DNA from: a virus
Taxonomy: Duplodnaviria > Caudoviricetes
DNA length: 64,000 bases
Reading direction: 5' to 3' (one strand)
Virus record (IMG/VR): IMGVR_UViG_3300021431_004083
Span: 1 to 64,000 of that record
The notes under the pieces are model-generated. The model did not search any database and was not told where the DNA came from. It saw only the letters and a list, made by a program, of their open reading frames with translations. A program made the translations under genes and the position numbers. This document shows, one piece after another, positions 10,077-20,108 of this stretch (positions are counted from its first letter, which is position 1; every line of letters starts with the position of its first letter).

Positions 10077-10820
10077 ATGTTGTCCTACAAAGGCTTTTAC
10101 GGAAGCGTAAGTGAAATATGCAAAACGTTCTATAAAGACTATAAGACCGTTATGCATCTCGCTGAAACACGACCGATAGAAAAAGCCATTGAACAAACAA
10201 AATCAAACACACCGGTAACATGCAAACAAAAACAAATCGACAATATCGCACCTTTACCTAATTTCTTAAGATTAGACGAAGAGGATAGAACTTACGCGAT
10301 AACCAATATCGATATCATCGAAAACTTCATCCAAGAAAGACATATCAACGATGAAGATATGCAACAAAATCTATATGTTCAATATCTATATGCCGTAACA
10401 AAAACAAACGCATATATGAAACGATATTATAGACGACTGTTGATAAAACAAAGGCTGAGACAAACCTACATTATACTTTTCAGAAAACAATATATATGTA
10501 AGCGAAATACTGTTCTCGTTAACGCCAAAACAATATTGCGCGAGAAACAAGAACAAAACGTACACGATATTGAAAAACAAATTACTGAAAAAGTAAGGCG
10601 CGAAACAATAAAACACGCAGTTTCCCTATTGACGCCGAGAAAACAAAGAGTCATAAATGCTTACTATGGCTTAAACGAAAACAAACCCAAAACATTCAAC
10701 CAAATAGGAAAAGAACTCCATGTTACACTACAGCGCGCAAAATACATACATGATGAGGCGTTAAGGGATTTACGTTCTCCAAGAATACTACATGAACTAA
10801 AATTAAGGGAACTCCTTTAA
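10077..10820 (+). CDS. Sigma70 region-4 (HTH) domain protein
   Basis: C-terminal LTPRKQRVINAYYGL...KTFNQIGKELHVTLQRAKYIHDEALRDLRSP matches the RpoD-type region 4 pattern. Confidence 0.7.
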   Translation: MLSYKGFYGSVSEICKTFYKDYKTVMHLAETRPIEKAIEQTKSNTPVTCKQKQIDNIAPLPNFLRLDEEDRTYAITNIDIIENFIQERHINDEDMQQNLYVQYLYAVTKTNAYMKRYYRRLLIKQRLRQTYIILFRKQYICKRNTVLVNAKTILREKQEQNVHDIEKQITEKVRRETIKHAVSLLTPRKQRVINAYYGLNENKPKTFNQIGKELHVTLQRAKYIHDEALRDLRSPRILHELKLRELL

Positions 10821-10843
10821 TTCCAACAAAGAAAGGATAAATC

Positions 10844-11923
10844 ATGCCGACAACAACATTGCATTGGTCAATTTCCGGCGAGTTTATAACCGAAACAGCA
10901 CGTAACTGGTTTTGGTCAGAAAACAAACCGTATGAAGTCTGCGAAGAACTCCTAATCAATTGTCTCGTCAACCCGAACGTAACGCTCGAAGACAGAAAAC
11001 GTCTTGCGCGAGATATTATTGAAGGTCGTAAGAAAATAACAGGCGTCAATGAACTCACTGTCGAAGACGACGGCGAAAACATCCGTCCGCTCCAACTGAA
11101 AATCAAAGAGCTGACACGCAAGAACAAAATCTACGAAACGGAACGCTGCATTGAAAGCAATCCGATTATTTACGTAGACCCATACGCAACATCAAAGTCC
11201 ATACGCGCCTTAACGGAAGGTCTTACACGTTACAGAAACGATTATAACACAAAAGAAACCTTACAAGATTACTTTTGTTATCACGCCAACGGCATAACGG
11301 AAGAACCCATGTATGATATGCCTTTGTCGGGCATCGATAAACCATCCCGCTGCGGACTTTGGTTATGGGAAAATCCCAAACTCATCATCGACGTCTGCGA
11401 GGAAAAAGACACACGACCGGGAACACCTGAATTCTGGGAAGGTATTTACGAGTATACAAAAGAAAGACCTGAGTTCCACGAAAGAAACATGAGATATCTT
11501 GCGGCAACGCGCATCTCGCCGAATGATATCAACGCACAGCCTGTTGAAGACCGCGCTGTAGACAAGCCCATCGGTAAACCCGTCAAGCCGAGCGGCTTAA
11601 AGTCGTGGATTGGTCTTGTAGATACCATGGGGAATTTCTACAGCTGCGAGTTTGCGGAGCATGAAACGCTCGCGTACAAAATCATCGTAGGCTCTCCTGA
11701 AAAATTTCCCGAAAACGAAAGCAATATTTATCTTCTCACCAGAGCGCTCGATATATTAATCAACAAATATCATTGGTGCGCTCTCCGTGACGTATGGGGA
11801 ACAGGAAAAAGTATCAGGTTCCCTGACGACAACAGAATCACAAGCGCTCAGAAGAACACAATATGGGAAGCCATCACCAAATTCGACGTTCATATCAAAA
11901 TCCCCGAAATTCTCATGAGTTAA
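10844..11923 (+). CDS. Hypothetical protein
   Basis: GAAAGGA RBS; 359-aa ORF. Confidence 0.75.
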   Translation: MPTTTLHWSISGEFITETARNWFWSENKPYEVCEELLINCLVNPNVTLEDRKRLARDIIEGRKKITGVNELTVEDDGENIRPLQLKIKELTRKNKIYETERCIESNPIIYVDPYATSKSIRALTEGLTRYRNDYNTKETLQDYFCYHANGITEEPMYDMPLSGIDKPSRCGLWLWENPKLIIDVCEEKDTRPGTPEFWEGIYEYTKERPEFHERNMRYLAATRISPNDINAQPVEDRAVDKPIGKPVKPSGLKSWIGLVDTMGNFYSCEFAEHETLAYKIIVGSPEKFPENESNIYLLTRALDILINKYHWCALRDVWGTGKSIRFPDDNRITSAQKNTIWEAITKFDVHIKIPEILMS

Positions 11924-11938
11924 ACAGGAGGACACAAC

Positions 11939-12538
11939 ATGCACTCACCTTTATATAAAAAAGACAACCTCAACGGTAACTGCATATACGTAATACGAAA
12001 TCAAACAAAGTTAAAATACAACCCCGCAACGAAGCGTTTCTATATGTATGACGAACCTCACAGTAATTGTGACAGCGCGTCAGAATGGAGCGCTCACTTG
12101 CTGCACACAAACCCCGACTTTGACATCATGAGCGTATATGCTGATATACAAACAGATGATGATTTTGACAAACGTTCACCGCTTGCGTTCCGTGATTGCC
12201 CCGACATAGATGAACGAAAAGAGTCCTGCGTCTTATACGCTTACAGCACACAATTCTACAAAATGGAGCTCATTTTCAAGCTGTCAGTCAGCGATATCAC
12301 ATTGAATAATGTGACTGAGCTCTTGTCTCGGGACCACATCATTATCCCCGACGCATTTGACATCAAAGTCGAAATGACACTTCCCTTTGTACCGTCAGAG
12401 GCACAAATCGAAGAATACACCGAAACAATCAAAGCTCAAAAAGAAATCGGCGGCAAACTCATAGAACAGGTACGCTTTGATGGCTACAGTTACGTAATAC
12501 CCATAACCGAACCTGACAAAGGAGACGACAACAAATGA
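11939..12538 (+). CDS. Hypothetical protein
   Basis: AGGAGG RBS. Confidence 0.75.
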   Translation: MHSPLYKKDNLNGNCIYVIRNQTKLKYNPATKRFYMYDEPHSNCDSASEWSAHLLHTNPDFDIMSVYADIQTDDDFDKRSPLAFRDCPDIDERKESCVLYAYSTQFYKMELIFKLSVSDITLNNVTELLSRDHIIIPDAFDIKVEMTLPFVPSEAQIEEYTETIKAQKEIGGKLIEQVRFDGYSYVIPITEPDKGDDNK

Positions 12539-12759
12539 CCGAAACACTAAAAGAAGGCGACGCCATAACAGCAATCATACCCGTAAGACACAAAATAGGA
12601 AAACCTCTTATATTTGTCGAAGTAGAAGGAGTATTCCTGCAACACACACATAACGAAACATCCAAAATCCGTGTCACCAAACAGCTTGACCACAAAGACA
12701 AAGCTCTCATTTCCACAGGAACGTACGCGGTATACACAAAATTCATAAAAAAGATATAA
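12535..12759 (+). CDS. Small hypothetical protein
   Basis: AAGGAG RBS; ATGA start/stop overlap. Confidence 0.6.
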   Translation: MTETLKEGDAITAIIPVRHKIGKPLIFVEVEGVFLQHTHNETSKIRVTKQLDHKDKALISTGTYAVYTKFIKKI

Positions 12760-12829
12760 CACACAGCCTATAATACAAAATATCACAAAATAATCTCTGC
12801 TTCGGCAGAAAAAAGGAGAACGATTACTT

Positions 12830-13555
12830 ATGTCAGTATTATTACCCATTCTTTGCCTTATTTTCGGTGGATGTATCGGCATCGCTATCATGTGTCTGCT
12901 CACCGCCTCTCACAGACAAAACGAAAACGACGACCCTCACTACAGAAAACCCAACCGTCCGATTATCGACAACAACGAACCCTATGGTATTTACGCCGTT
13001 GCCTGCTATATCGCCTCTCAGATGGAGGACAAATACGTAACGGTTGAGAATATCTTAAACATGCTGTTACTCTGCCAAATTCACCACCTTGCATGGCTCA
13101 ACACCGTACTATTTCCTGCCTACTTCATCAAAAAGGATGACAAAATCGTCTGCTGCGATCTCGACTTTACGGAATTCCTCGAAAACATACCGAAAGACGC
13201 AAACGTAAAGGAATATATCATGGCAAACTGTCATTTCGACAATTTGCCTGAGGCGGAAAAAGTTGACATCGAACTGACGATTCATCGTCACATGCGCTCA
13301 GATACAAACATCTTGATTAAGGAAAATCCCGTATTTATAAATACGGAAGACGGACATCTGCTCTCTTATATCAAATTGCGTAACGCGTATTCCTTAGAGG
13401 ATGATGTACCGTCTGAAATCATAGACAAATACGACAACAAGACAGACGAAAATGATGACGAGTCCGTGGATGAAACACTCGAAGAACTCCCGGACACAAA
13501 CGACAACAACGCACCGAAGCATTTTGCACAGGAAAAGGACGTAAACAATGAGTAA
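12830..13555 (+). CDS. Membrane-anchored protein, possible degenerate Panacea/SocA (DUF4065)-like domain
   Basis: N-terminal hydrophobic helix; AVACYIAS...VTVENILNMLLLCQIHHLAWLNTVLF loosely resembles the DUF4065 N-terminus. Confidence 0.4.
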   Translation: MSVLLPILCLIFGGCIGIAIMCLLTASHRQNENDDPHYRKPNRPIIDNNEPYGIYAVACYIASQMEDKYVTVENILNMLLLCQIHHLAWLNTVLFPAYFIKKDDKIVCCDLDFTEFLENIPKDANVKEYIMANCHFDNLPEAEKVDIELTIHRHMRSDTNILIKENPVFINTEDGHLLSYIKLRNAYSLEDDVPSEIIDKYDNKTDENDDESVDETLEELPDTNDNNAPKHFAQEKDVNNE

Positions 13556-14117
13556 CAAAACAAACCGCGTATCCCTCAAAGGTATCACGATACATTTACC
13601 GACAAAACGCATTCTGTGGTCAAATGACGCCAATGAGATACGACATGTCGTATCTCATAAGGACGTCATCGACTGTTGTCCCGAGGCTGCAGCTGACAGC
13701 GTCACATTCAATCAAATTCAAAGTGATATGCTGAATGACGCTATGCGATTCATCACAGACAACGCAGGATATGCGTGTAACGAAATCGTTTGTATCGGAA
13801 TCATCAATGACCATAACGGTCGATTCATCGGAATCAAAGAAATCAGAAACAATGCGATTCGCAACTGTTTCTCGCTTAATGATTTTAAACATAACGACGA
13901 AATCACATTTGGCATTGACGAATACAAAAACCTCGTTGCTGTCATCAAAAACAAAGGAATCACCGTCCATCAACTCTATCGCGCATACAAGCCCCTGTTA
14001 TCTGACAGACAGATAAAGAACTTTGAAAACAAAGTTAAAAGCGGACGTGTAACAAACTACGATATTTCCGTATATACGGAAAACCTGAGTCAATATATGC
14101 GTGATATCTTAATTTGA
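13548..14117 (+). CDS. Hypothetical protein, ILWSN paralog family, copy 1
   Basis: Shares ILWSN...YR..K...Q..NF...DIS.YT with four other ORFs. Confidence 0.75.
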   Translation: MSNKTNRVSLKGITIHLPTKRILWSNDANEIRHVVSHKDVIDCCPEAAADSVTFNQIQSDMLNDAMRFITDNAGYACNEIVCIGIINDHNGRFIGIKEIRNNAIRNCFSLNDFKHNDEITFGIDEYKNLVAVIKNKGITVHQLYRAYKPLLSDRQIKNFENKVKSGRVTNYDISVYTENLSQYMRDILI

Positions 14118-14135
14118 AAAGGAGACCGCGCAATC

Positions 14136-14723
14136 ATGCCCGGACAAAACAACAAAACGCCAAGAGTAGAGCAAATCAGCTATCTCTTATGGTCAAATAA
14201 CGCAAAAAAGTTCCCAAAATACATCCAAAAAATCGTAAACAAAAAGGGATTCGACGAAAAGCGCCCCGACGCAAGCGAAATCGAGTTTCAACGTTATTCT
14301 GATATCGTATTGTATACAAAGTTAAGCGAAATCAGAAAAGAAATGCCTGTCGCAGATAACGATATAATATGTTTCCTCACCGTCGTAGACGAAAACGGAA
14401 ATGAAACGACAAGCTATCATGAACTACCGTCCAGAAACATTGAGACGGTACTTCACCCCATTATCGGAACCGATGTCGCTAAATGTGAGGAACACCGCAC
14501 CATCACATGGGGCGCCAATCGTCACCAAAACCTAATCGGACTGATTGACGACGGAAACACACATTATCGCGCGACTTATCGTGTATTCAAAACAGGCGTC
14601 GACGACAAACGTAAACAAATCTTCAAAAAAGCATTTTATGAAGGAACGTTGACAGACGCGGAAATTTCTCGTTATACTGATAACCTCGGAAAACACGCAC
14701 GACAAAACAGAAAAATGAGGTAA
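14136..14723 (+). CDS. Hypothetical protein, ILWSN family, copy 2
   Basis: LLWSN...YRVFK...YEGTLTDAEISRYTDNLG. Confidence 0.75.
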   Translation: MPGQNNKTPRVEQISYLLWSNNAKKFPKYIQKIVNKKGFDEKRPDASEIEFQRYSDIVLYTKLSEIRKEMPVADNDIICFLTVVDENGNETTSYHELPSRNIETVLHPIIGTDVAKCEEHRTITWGANRHQNLIGLIDDGNTHYRATYRVFKTGVDDKRKQIFKKAFYEGTLTDAEISRYTDNLGKHARQNRKMR

Positions 14724-14726
14724 AAA

Positions 14727-15299
14727 ATGCCGTTAAACAAAACCGAAGAAAAAGACCAAGAATTCATCACTGTGTTAGCGAAAAAGGCAACCCAACAAAA
14801 AACATCACCGGAACAACAAACCATCAACTGTGAAATCAACAATATCGTATCCATCGCAGACGATATGATTAGATTGCATCGCGAAGTATTCGACTGTATC
14901 ACAGAACATAAAGAATACCTTCTTAATACCTGCGACACCTTTTACGCTAATATCAGAGACCCTTTTGCTGAAATCAGTTTCAAAAACAACGGAGACATCG
15001 AATTCATATTCAACGCTTTCCCTCACCAGTTTTCACAACTGATAACCGTTACAAAAGAAGGGTTTACATTACGCGCCAAAGGCTACGACACACGAGTTGA
15101 CAATACATGGCCGAATACAGACTTCGCTGTTATCGATGTAATTCAATTCACTGACGAACAATCATCCCAATACAGCTACACCGTAAACCTGAAAAAGCCC
15201 TACAGCGCCAGATGGTTCACTATGTGGAAATGCGGGCTTTTAGACTGGTCGACACATTGGGACAGATTCATCGACGCTTTCAAAGAAAAACTCAGATAA
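14727..15299 (+). CDS. Hypothetical protein
   Basis: GAGG RBS; packed ORF. Confidence 0.7.
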   Translation: MPLNKTEEKDQEFITVLAKKATQQKTSPEQQTINCEINNIVSIADDMIRLHREVFDCITEHKEYLLNTCDTFYANIRDPFAEISFKNNGDIEFIFNAFPHQFSQLITVTKEGFTLRAKGYDTRVDNTWPNTDFAVIDVIQFTDEQSSQYSYTVNLKKPYSARWFTMWKCGLLDWSTHWDRFIDAFKEKLR

Positions 15300-15313
15300 A
15301 GGAGCATAATAAC

Positions 15314-15658
15314 ATGCTGAGAAAAAATCCGCCCGCTGCTTGCGACAGGATTCCGTGTATTCTCGCCGCTATCGGGACGGTTAAACCGTTATCACAAATC
15401 GAAATCATACCGGACAGTATAAACCCAACAGGCTATACACGTCTGGATGCTGCTAACAGACTAATTCGGAAAAACCTCTCTGTCAAAAAATCAATCGAAT
15501 ACCGTAGAGGTAATCGACCGAAGCTGAAAGAGCTCCATCTTGACGGACAGGCTATCGTTTGTGTTCTTGGACATTATTTATACCTTGACCGAGAAACATA
15601 TCATTCGTTTTTCGACAACGAAAACGATGAAGTTATCCGCATATGGATACTCAAATAA
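15314..15658 (+). CDS. Hypothetical protein
   Basis: AAGGAG RBS before ATG 15314. Confidence 0.65.
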   Translation: MLRKNPPAACDRIPCILAAIGTVKPLSQIEIIPDSINPTGYTRLDAANRLIRKNLSVKKSIEYRRGNRPKLKELHLDGQAIVCVLGHYLYLDRETYHSFFDNENDEVIRIWILK

Positions 15659-15692
15659 ACAAAACCTAATTCAACAAAAAAGGAACACAACA

Positions 15693-16583
15693 ATGAACAG
15701 AAAAACAATCTATGTACCGATTTCATCCGGTATTGCATATAACAGCCTCCTCAACGAAATCCTCTCCGAGATGCCCGACGGTTCCGTCGAGAGAGAAGAT
15801 GTCGGAGGATATGTACAAATATACGTTGACGATGAACCTTCCGTTCGATTCAAGCTCATCGACAATCTTTTAGAAAACAACTTTCCTGTATACGGAACCA
15901 ACCCACATGAGGAAAAGGAATTCATCAATCGCTTAGAGCATGACGAGCGAACCGCTGACAAATGGTCAACGGTTATTATGAAAGACGCCGACAGACTGAT
16001 GACGGATATCTTGTCTGTTATGTCAAATGAAAACAGACAAAGACCGTCCGTTCACACGGACGATATCTATGACATGTGCTGCAGCATTGTCGACAAAACC
16101 ATCGACGTCATCTACCTGCGTTTGCACGGAATTGAACCTCGCGGCTGTATTGCTGAAAGCCTTGCGAACCACACAATCTGCGATTGGGAGTTCAATAATA
16201 CAGAAAGCGCCTTGTTGCTCAACGTTTTGGCAACAGCGGGCGCGTCCAGAGAAACGATAAACGAATTGCTCGCAACATTACTCCCTGTCGACCAGACAGA
16301 AATCGATACGGACCGCCTCAATATCGATGAGCTTCTGCGTTGCTTCAGCGATGACGAGAGCGATGAAATGTTCTCAAATGAACCGAGAACCGTGTATTCT
16401 GAAATCGTGAACGAAGAAATCAGCACATATCTCACAGAAAAAGGTGAGAACGCACTGAGCAATATGCACACCTTCGTTCGAAAAGCGTTCACCAACGCCG
16501 GAATGACCGACAACAAGAACACCGAAATCAGAGATAGTATCGACGCGAGCTTAGACGAGCTGATTTGGAATTACGTTCCGTAA
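15693..16583 (+). CDS. Hypothetical acidic protein
   Basis: AAAGGA RBS before ATG 15693. Confidence 0.7.
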   Translation: MNRKTIYVPISSGIAYNSLLNEILSEMPDGSVEREDVGGYVQIYVDDEPSVRFKLIDNLLENNFPVYGTNPHEEKEFINRLEHDERTADKWSTVIMKDADRLMTDILSVMSNENRQRPSVHTDDIYDMCCSIVDKTIDVIYLRLHGIEPRGCIAESLANHTICDWEFNNTESALLLNVLATAGASRETINELLATLLPVDQTEIDTDRLNIDELLRCFSDDESDEMFSNEPRTVYSEIVNEEISTYLTEKGENALSNMHTFVRKAFTNAGMTDNKNTEIRDSIDASLDELIWNYVP

Positions 16584-16595
16584 AGGAGAGTTATC

Positions 16596-17207
16596 GTGAC
16601 AACATTCACATTGAAATTAAAGATCAAAAGCGCAATACTCGGCGACAAACGACAAAACGATATTGACAATCAAAAATGGTGTGACATAAGAGCGCATCTC
16701 AAGAAAGCCTACGGTTTTGGTCTGACAGTAAATGACCTTTGTAACGATAAACTCATTACAATACCAGAAGGACAAAAAATAAACGTCAATGCAGTACTGA
16801 CGTTATTTGTCATGGAGCGCTGTTTGAATAAAATAAACATAAACGAAAGCGCGATGGTCTTACGGAAACGCGGCGACAAATTATGCGTCACCGTTGTCAT
16901 CGAAACAAGTCGCGACACATCGGAAGTCTGCGAAATCCTCAATGGACTCTCAGAAACAATCGTTATGGGAAAAACAAACATATTCATCGAAAACAACGCG
17001 GCTACGAAACTATATTTCGATAAAGAAGATAACACATTCAAGACCGAAAATACAATTTCGTGCGAAAAAATATTATACGCTTTCAGAAAATATATCGAAC
17101 ACGATATCGAAAAAACAACCGACACAATGTCGTTGCGCGAAAAACTGAAAGCGACAGGTCTGCGTGAAACGGAAATCGACACTCTTTTCGAAGACCTGCT
17201 TATCTAA
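16596..17207 (+). CDS. Hypothetical protein
   Basis: AAGGAGAG RBS; GTG start. Confidence 0.7.
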   Translation: MTTFTLKLKIKSAILGDKRQNDIDNQKWCDIRAHLKKAYGFGLTVNDLCNDKLITIPEGQKINVNAVLTLFVMERCLNKININESAMVLRKRGDKLCVTVVIETSRDTSEVCEILNGLSETIVMGKTNIFIENNAATKLYFDKEDNTFKTENTISCEKILYAFRKYIEHDIEKTTDTMSLREKLKATGLRETEIDTLFEDLLI

Positions 17208-17222
17208 AAAGGAGCCGACAAA

Positions 17223-17456
17223 ATGACGAAAAACACAAACCCTGACACAACAAACCAGATAAAAGAGTATGATGTATCCTGTCGTATCGAAGGACGTTTC
17301 CATGTCCTCGTTAGCGCTGAATCTCTTGCCGAAGCTGAGAAAAAAGCAATACTTGCTTATCAGGATGCCGACTTCGGCGCGGCAGAAGACATTGATATGG
17401 AAATCATCCATATCATAGAGGACGACAAAAAGTACCACTATCCGCCCTTCAAATAA
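17223..17456 (+). CDS. Small protein, DpnD/PcfM-like
   Basis: Pattern KEYDV...V.V.AES..EA..KA...Y. Confidence 0.45.
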   Translation: MTKNTNPDTTNQIKEYDVSCRIEGRFHVLVSAESLAEAEKKAILAYQDADFGAAEDIDMEIIHIIEDDKKYHYPPFK

Positions 17457-17511
17457 CAAAATAACCTTTTGTTACAACAAAAAGGACGTAAAAAAGGAAT
17501 AAAGTAAAAAA

Positions 17512-17829
17512 ATGTATATTGAGCAAACACTCAAAAAATTCGGCACAACAGTCGAAGTGAAAAACGACACCGTTATAAAAACAAAAGCATTCATCAATCC
17601 CTTAAAAAGAAGACACGCGCTGTACACATCAAATATAGAAAAACGACTTTTCGAAAACGAAGAAGCACGTAAGCTCAAGCTTTATATCGGAAACGCCAAC
17701 GTACCCATCACAACACAAAGCATCATCACCTGCGATGACAAACGATACAGCGTCGTATCTACAGAAACACAAACCATCAGAACAGATGACGCCTATACGT
17801 GGGCTATTCTGCAACCGATAGAGGATTAA
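17512..17829 (+). CDS. Hypothetical small beta-rich protein
   Basis: ORF with RBS; no confident family assignment. Confidence 0.55.
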   Translation: MYIEQTLKKFGTTVEVKNDTVIKTKAFINPLKRRHALYTSNIEKRLFENEEARKLKLYIGNANVPITTQSIITCDDKRYSVVSTETQTIRTDDAYTWAILQPIED

Positions 17830-17830
17830 C

Positions 17831-19306
17831 ATGTCATATAAACGAATCGCAACAATCATTGCCGTTTTGACAATACTGACAGGCGGAACTTTGTTTGGTA
17901 TCGGTATCAAAATGACAATCGACAGTTTGCCGCAACCCGTTTCCCTTGAACATCATACGGAAAACGAAATCATCGCCAAAGCAAAAGAACTGAATATTGA
18001 TTTCAGCAAAAAGGATGCGTTTGAGGAAAACTACAACATTAGCGAAGATGGATATGTGGCAGGGAGATTAACAAATGACACCCAACAGGCGTCATTGAAT
18101 ATCCTCAACCTCTATCGCTACGTCGCAGGTCTTCCTTACGACATTCAGCTGAAGGAAGAATACATCGAAGCCGCGCAAACAGGAGCACTGCTAAACGCCG
18201 CTGTCGATGAAATGACACACCATCCGAACAAACCGGAAGGAATGAGCGACGAAATGTATGAAATAGGACGCAACGCGTGTGCCAATTCCAACCTCGCTCA
18301 AAACCACGGCAGCTTACCGCATGCGATGGTCAACGGTTGGATGGATGATTCAAATGAACACAATATCCCAAAAATGGGACATCGACGATGGGTACTCAAT
18401 CCCAATATGCAATATACAGGATTTGGCAGCGTAGGTGCATACGGAACAATGTATGCGTCAGACAATACGAAAAATATCGAAATCACAAATGATTATATCG
18501 CGTGGCCTGCCGAAAACACACCCGTTGAAATGTTTTCGGGGTCGGTATTCACCTTCACCCTCAACAAAGAGTATGACAAACCGCATGATACAGACGTAAA
18601 AATCACAGTCACATCAAAAACACAAAATAAAACATGGCATATAGATAACGCAAGCGAGCTTCCGTTTTATGTCAACAACGAAAACTATTGTATGCCAAAA
18701 TGCATCATATTCAAAGTTGACGACTTTACGCAGCCTGATGAAATCGATATCCATATCACAGGCATCACCAAAAACGGAAAAGACGCACCAATCAATCATC
18801 ACATTCATCTGTTTTCCGTAACAGAATTGAGCACACCAAATACAACCATTCTGCTTCAGCCCGGACACGGCGCAGACTTCAACGTCACAGCGAAAACACT
18901 ATTCGCGACTGAACCGCCGCAACTGAAATGGGAGTCTGAAGATGAAAATGTCACAGACATCTATTATTACCCCCACTCCGAAAAACTCGGTTTCTACGGA
19001 AAAGCAAAAGGGCGAACAACACTAAAGGTGTCCGTAACAGGCGCCGAAATACAGTTCAACGTCATCGTAGACGAAAGTGAATTCTATTCAGGGGACGCCA
19101 ACAATGACAATATCGTCGATATCACCGATGTAACAGCGATTCGAAAACATATCACGCAAAACGATATGATTGCCGATTATCTCGCTGATGTAAACAGCGA
19201 CAATACCGTCAACCTATTAGACGCAACGCTGATACAGCAATATCTCATAAATGCGAAAACCGATACAGACGTCGGAAAAAGTCGCATTAGTTATTTCACG
19301 CGTTAA
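17831..19306 (+). CDS. CAP (SCP) domain protein with C-terminal dockerin
   Basis: N-terminal TM/signal; LNLYRYVAGL, SNL, GHRRWVLNP...GFG; duplicated dockerin Ca-loops GDANNDNIVDITD and ADVNSDNTVNLLDA. Confidence 0.85.
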   Translation: MSYKRIATIIAVLTILTGGTLFGIGIKMTIDSLPQPVSLEHHTENEIIAKAKELNIDFSKKDAFEENYNISEDGYVAGRLTNDTQQASLNILNLYRYVAGLPYDIQLKEEYIEAAQTGALLNAAVDEMTHHPNKPEGMSDEMYEIGRNACANSNLAQNHGSLPHAMVNGWMDDSNEHNIPKMGHRRWVLNPNMQYTGFGSVGAYGTMYASDNTKNIEITNDYIAWPAENTPVEMFSGSVFTFTLNKEYDKPHDTDVKITVTSKTQNKTWHIDNASELPFYVNNENYCMPKCIIFKVDDFTQPDEIDIHITGITKNGKDAPINHHIHLFSVTELSTPNTTILLQPGHGADFNVTAKTLFATEPPQLKWESEDENVTDIYYYPHSEKLGFYGKAKGRTTLKVSVTGAEIQFNVIVDESEFYSGDANNDNIVDITDVTAIRKHITQNDMIADYLADVNSDNTVNLLDATLIQQYLINAKTDTDVGKSRISYFTR

Positions 19307-19349
19307 ATAACAGCGTTAGACAATCAAAAAAGAAAAAGGGAAAAGAAAC

Positions 19350-20108
19350 ATGACTTCAGTCAACAAAGCAAACACACAAAATACGTCTCGCCTCAACAAA
19401 AGAAAAGGTAAAGTTTTGTCCATCGACTACGACTTCTTCCAAAACGCAAATGCGGCAGAGCAAGCAGTGCTTTATCCTGACGGACATGATTTCGCAAATA
19501 TAAATCTGAGAAACCTCATATGGAGAGCCAGATACCAAACGACACCTGCGCTCCGTGACATCACCTTAAACAAGTCCTTGCTCAAAGAGCTCATCTCTAT
19601 CTTGCAAGAACAAAAACCCGACACGCCTGTCACCATCAAAAACAGCCATGTATTCGCCTACCAAACAGTTATGCAACTGTCTGATGAGCTAAACAAACCT
19701 GTCGATGTATATCACGTTGATATGCACCATGACCTCTTTAATGAAGAGCCGTTCCACGAAAAAGTCGACTGTGGTAACTGGCTATTATTCGCGAAAGAAG
19801 AAGGGTACGTTGATGACATCATATGGTTCGGAAGAAAAGCAAGTAAAGAGCTTTGCCCCATCGACGATACACTATCAAAAAAACCAACCGACGTTTACTA
19901 CGACACACTCGACGCCATAAAAACAATAACGTTCGACACGATATTCTTATGTCGTTCTGACATGTGGTCGGCGCCGCATCTTGACAATGGTTTTCAAAGA
20001 TTGATAAAAACATGCAAACAGCATTTTACTCAAGTATCCATTGAAAAAGACGTAGCGAAACCTCGACCGAAAACAATCTACGCAAAAAGTGAGGAATCAA
20101 ACACATGA
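19350..20108 (+). CDS. UPF0489/ureohydrolase-like metalloprotein
   Basis: VLSIDYDFF, HVDMHHD, DCGNW, FLCRS motifs. Confidence 0.55.
   Translation: MTSVNKANTQNTSRLNKRKGKVLSIDYDFFQNANAAEQAVLYPDGHDFANINLRNLIWRARYQTTPALRDITLNKSLLKELISILQEQKPDTPVTIKNSHVFAYQTVMQLSDELNKPVDVYHVDMHHDLFNEEPFHEKVDCGNWLLFAKEEGYVDDIIWFGRKASKELCPIDDTLSKKPTDVYYDTLDAIKTITFDTIFLCRSDMWSAPHLDNGFQRLIKTCKQHFTQVSIEKDVAKPRPKTIYAKSEESNT

Noticed and set aside
17458-17486. AAATAACCTTTTGTTACAACAAAAAGG as a motif copy
   Set aside because: The stem is AT-rich and the spacing differs; too weak to count.
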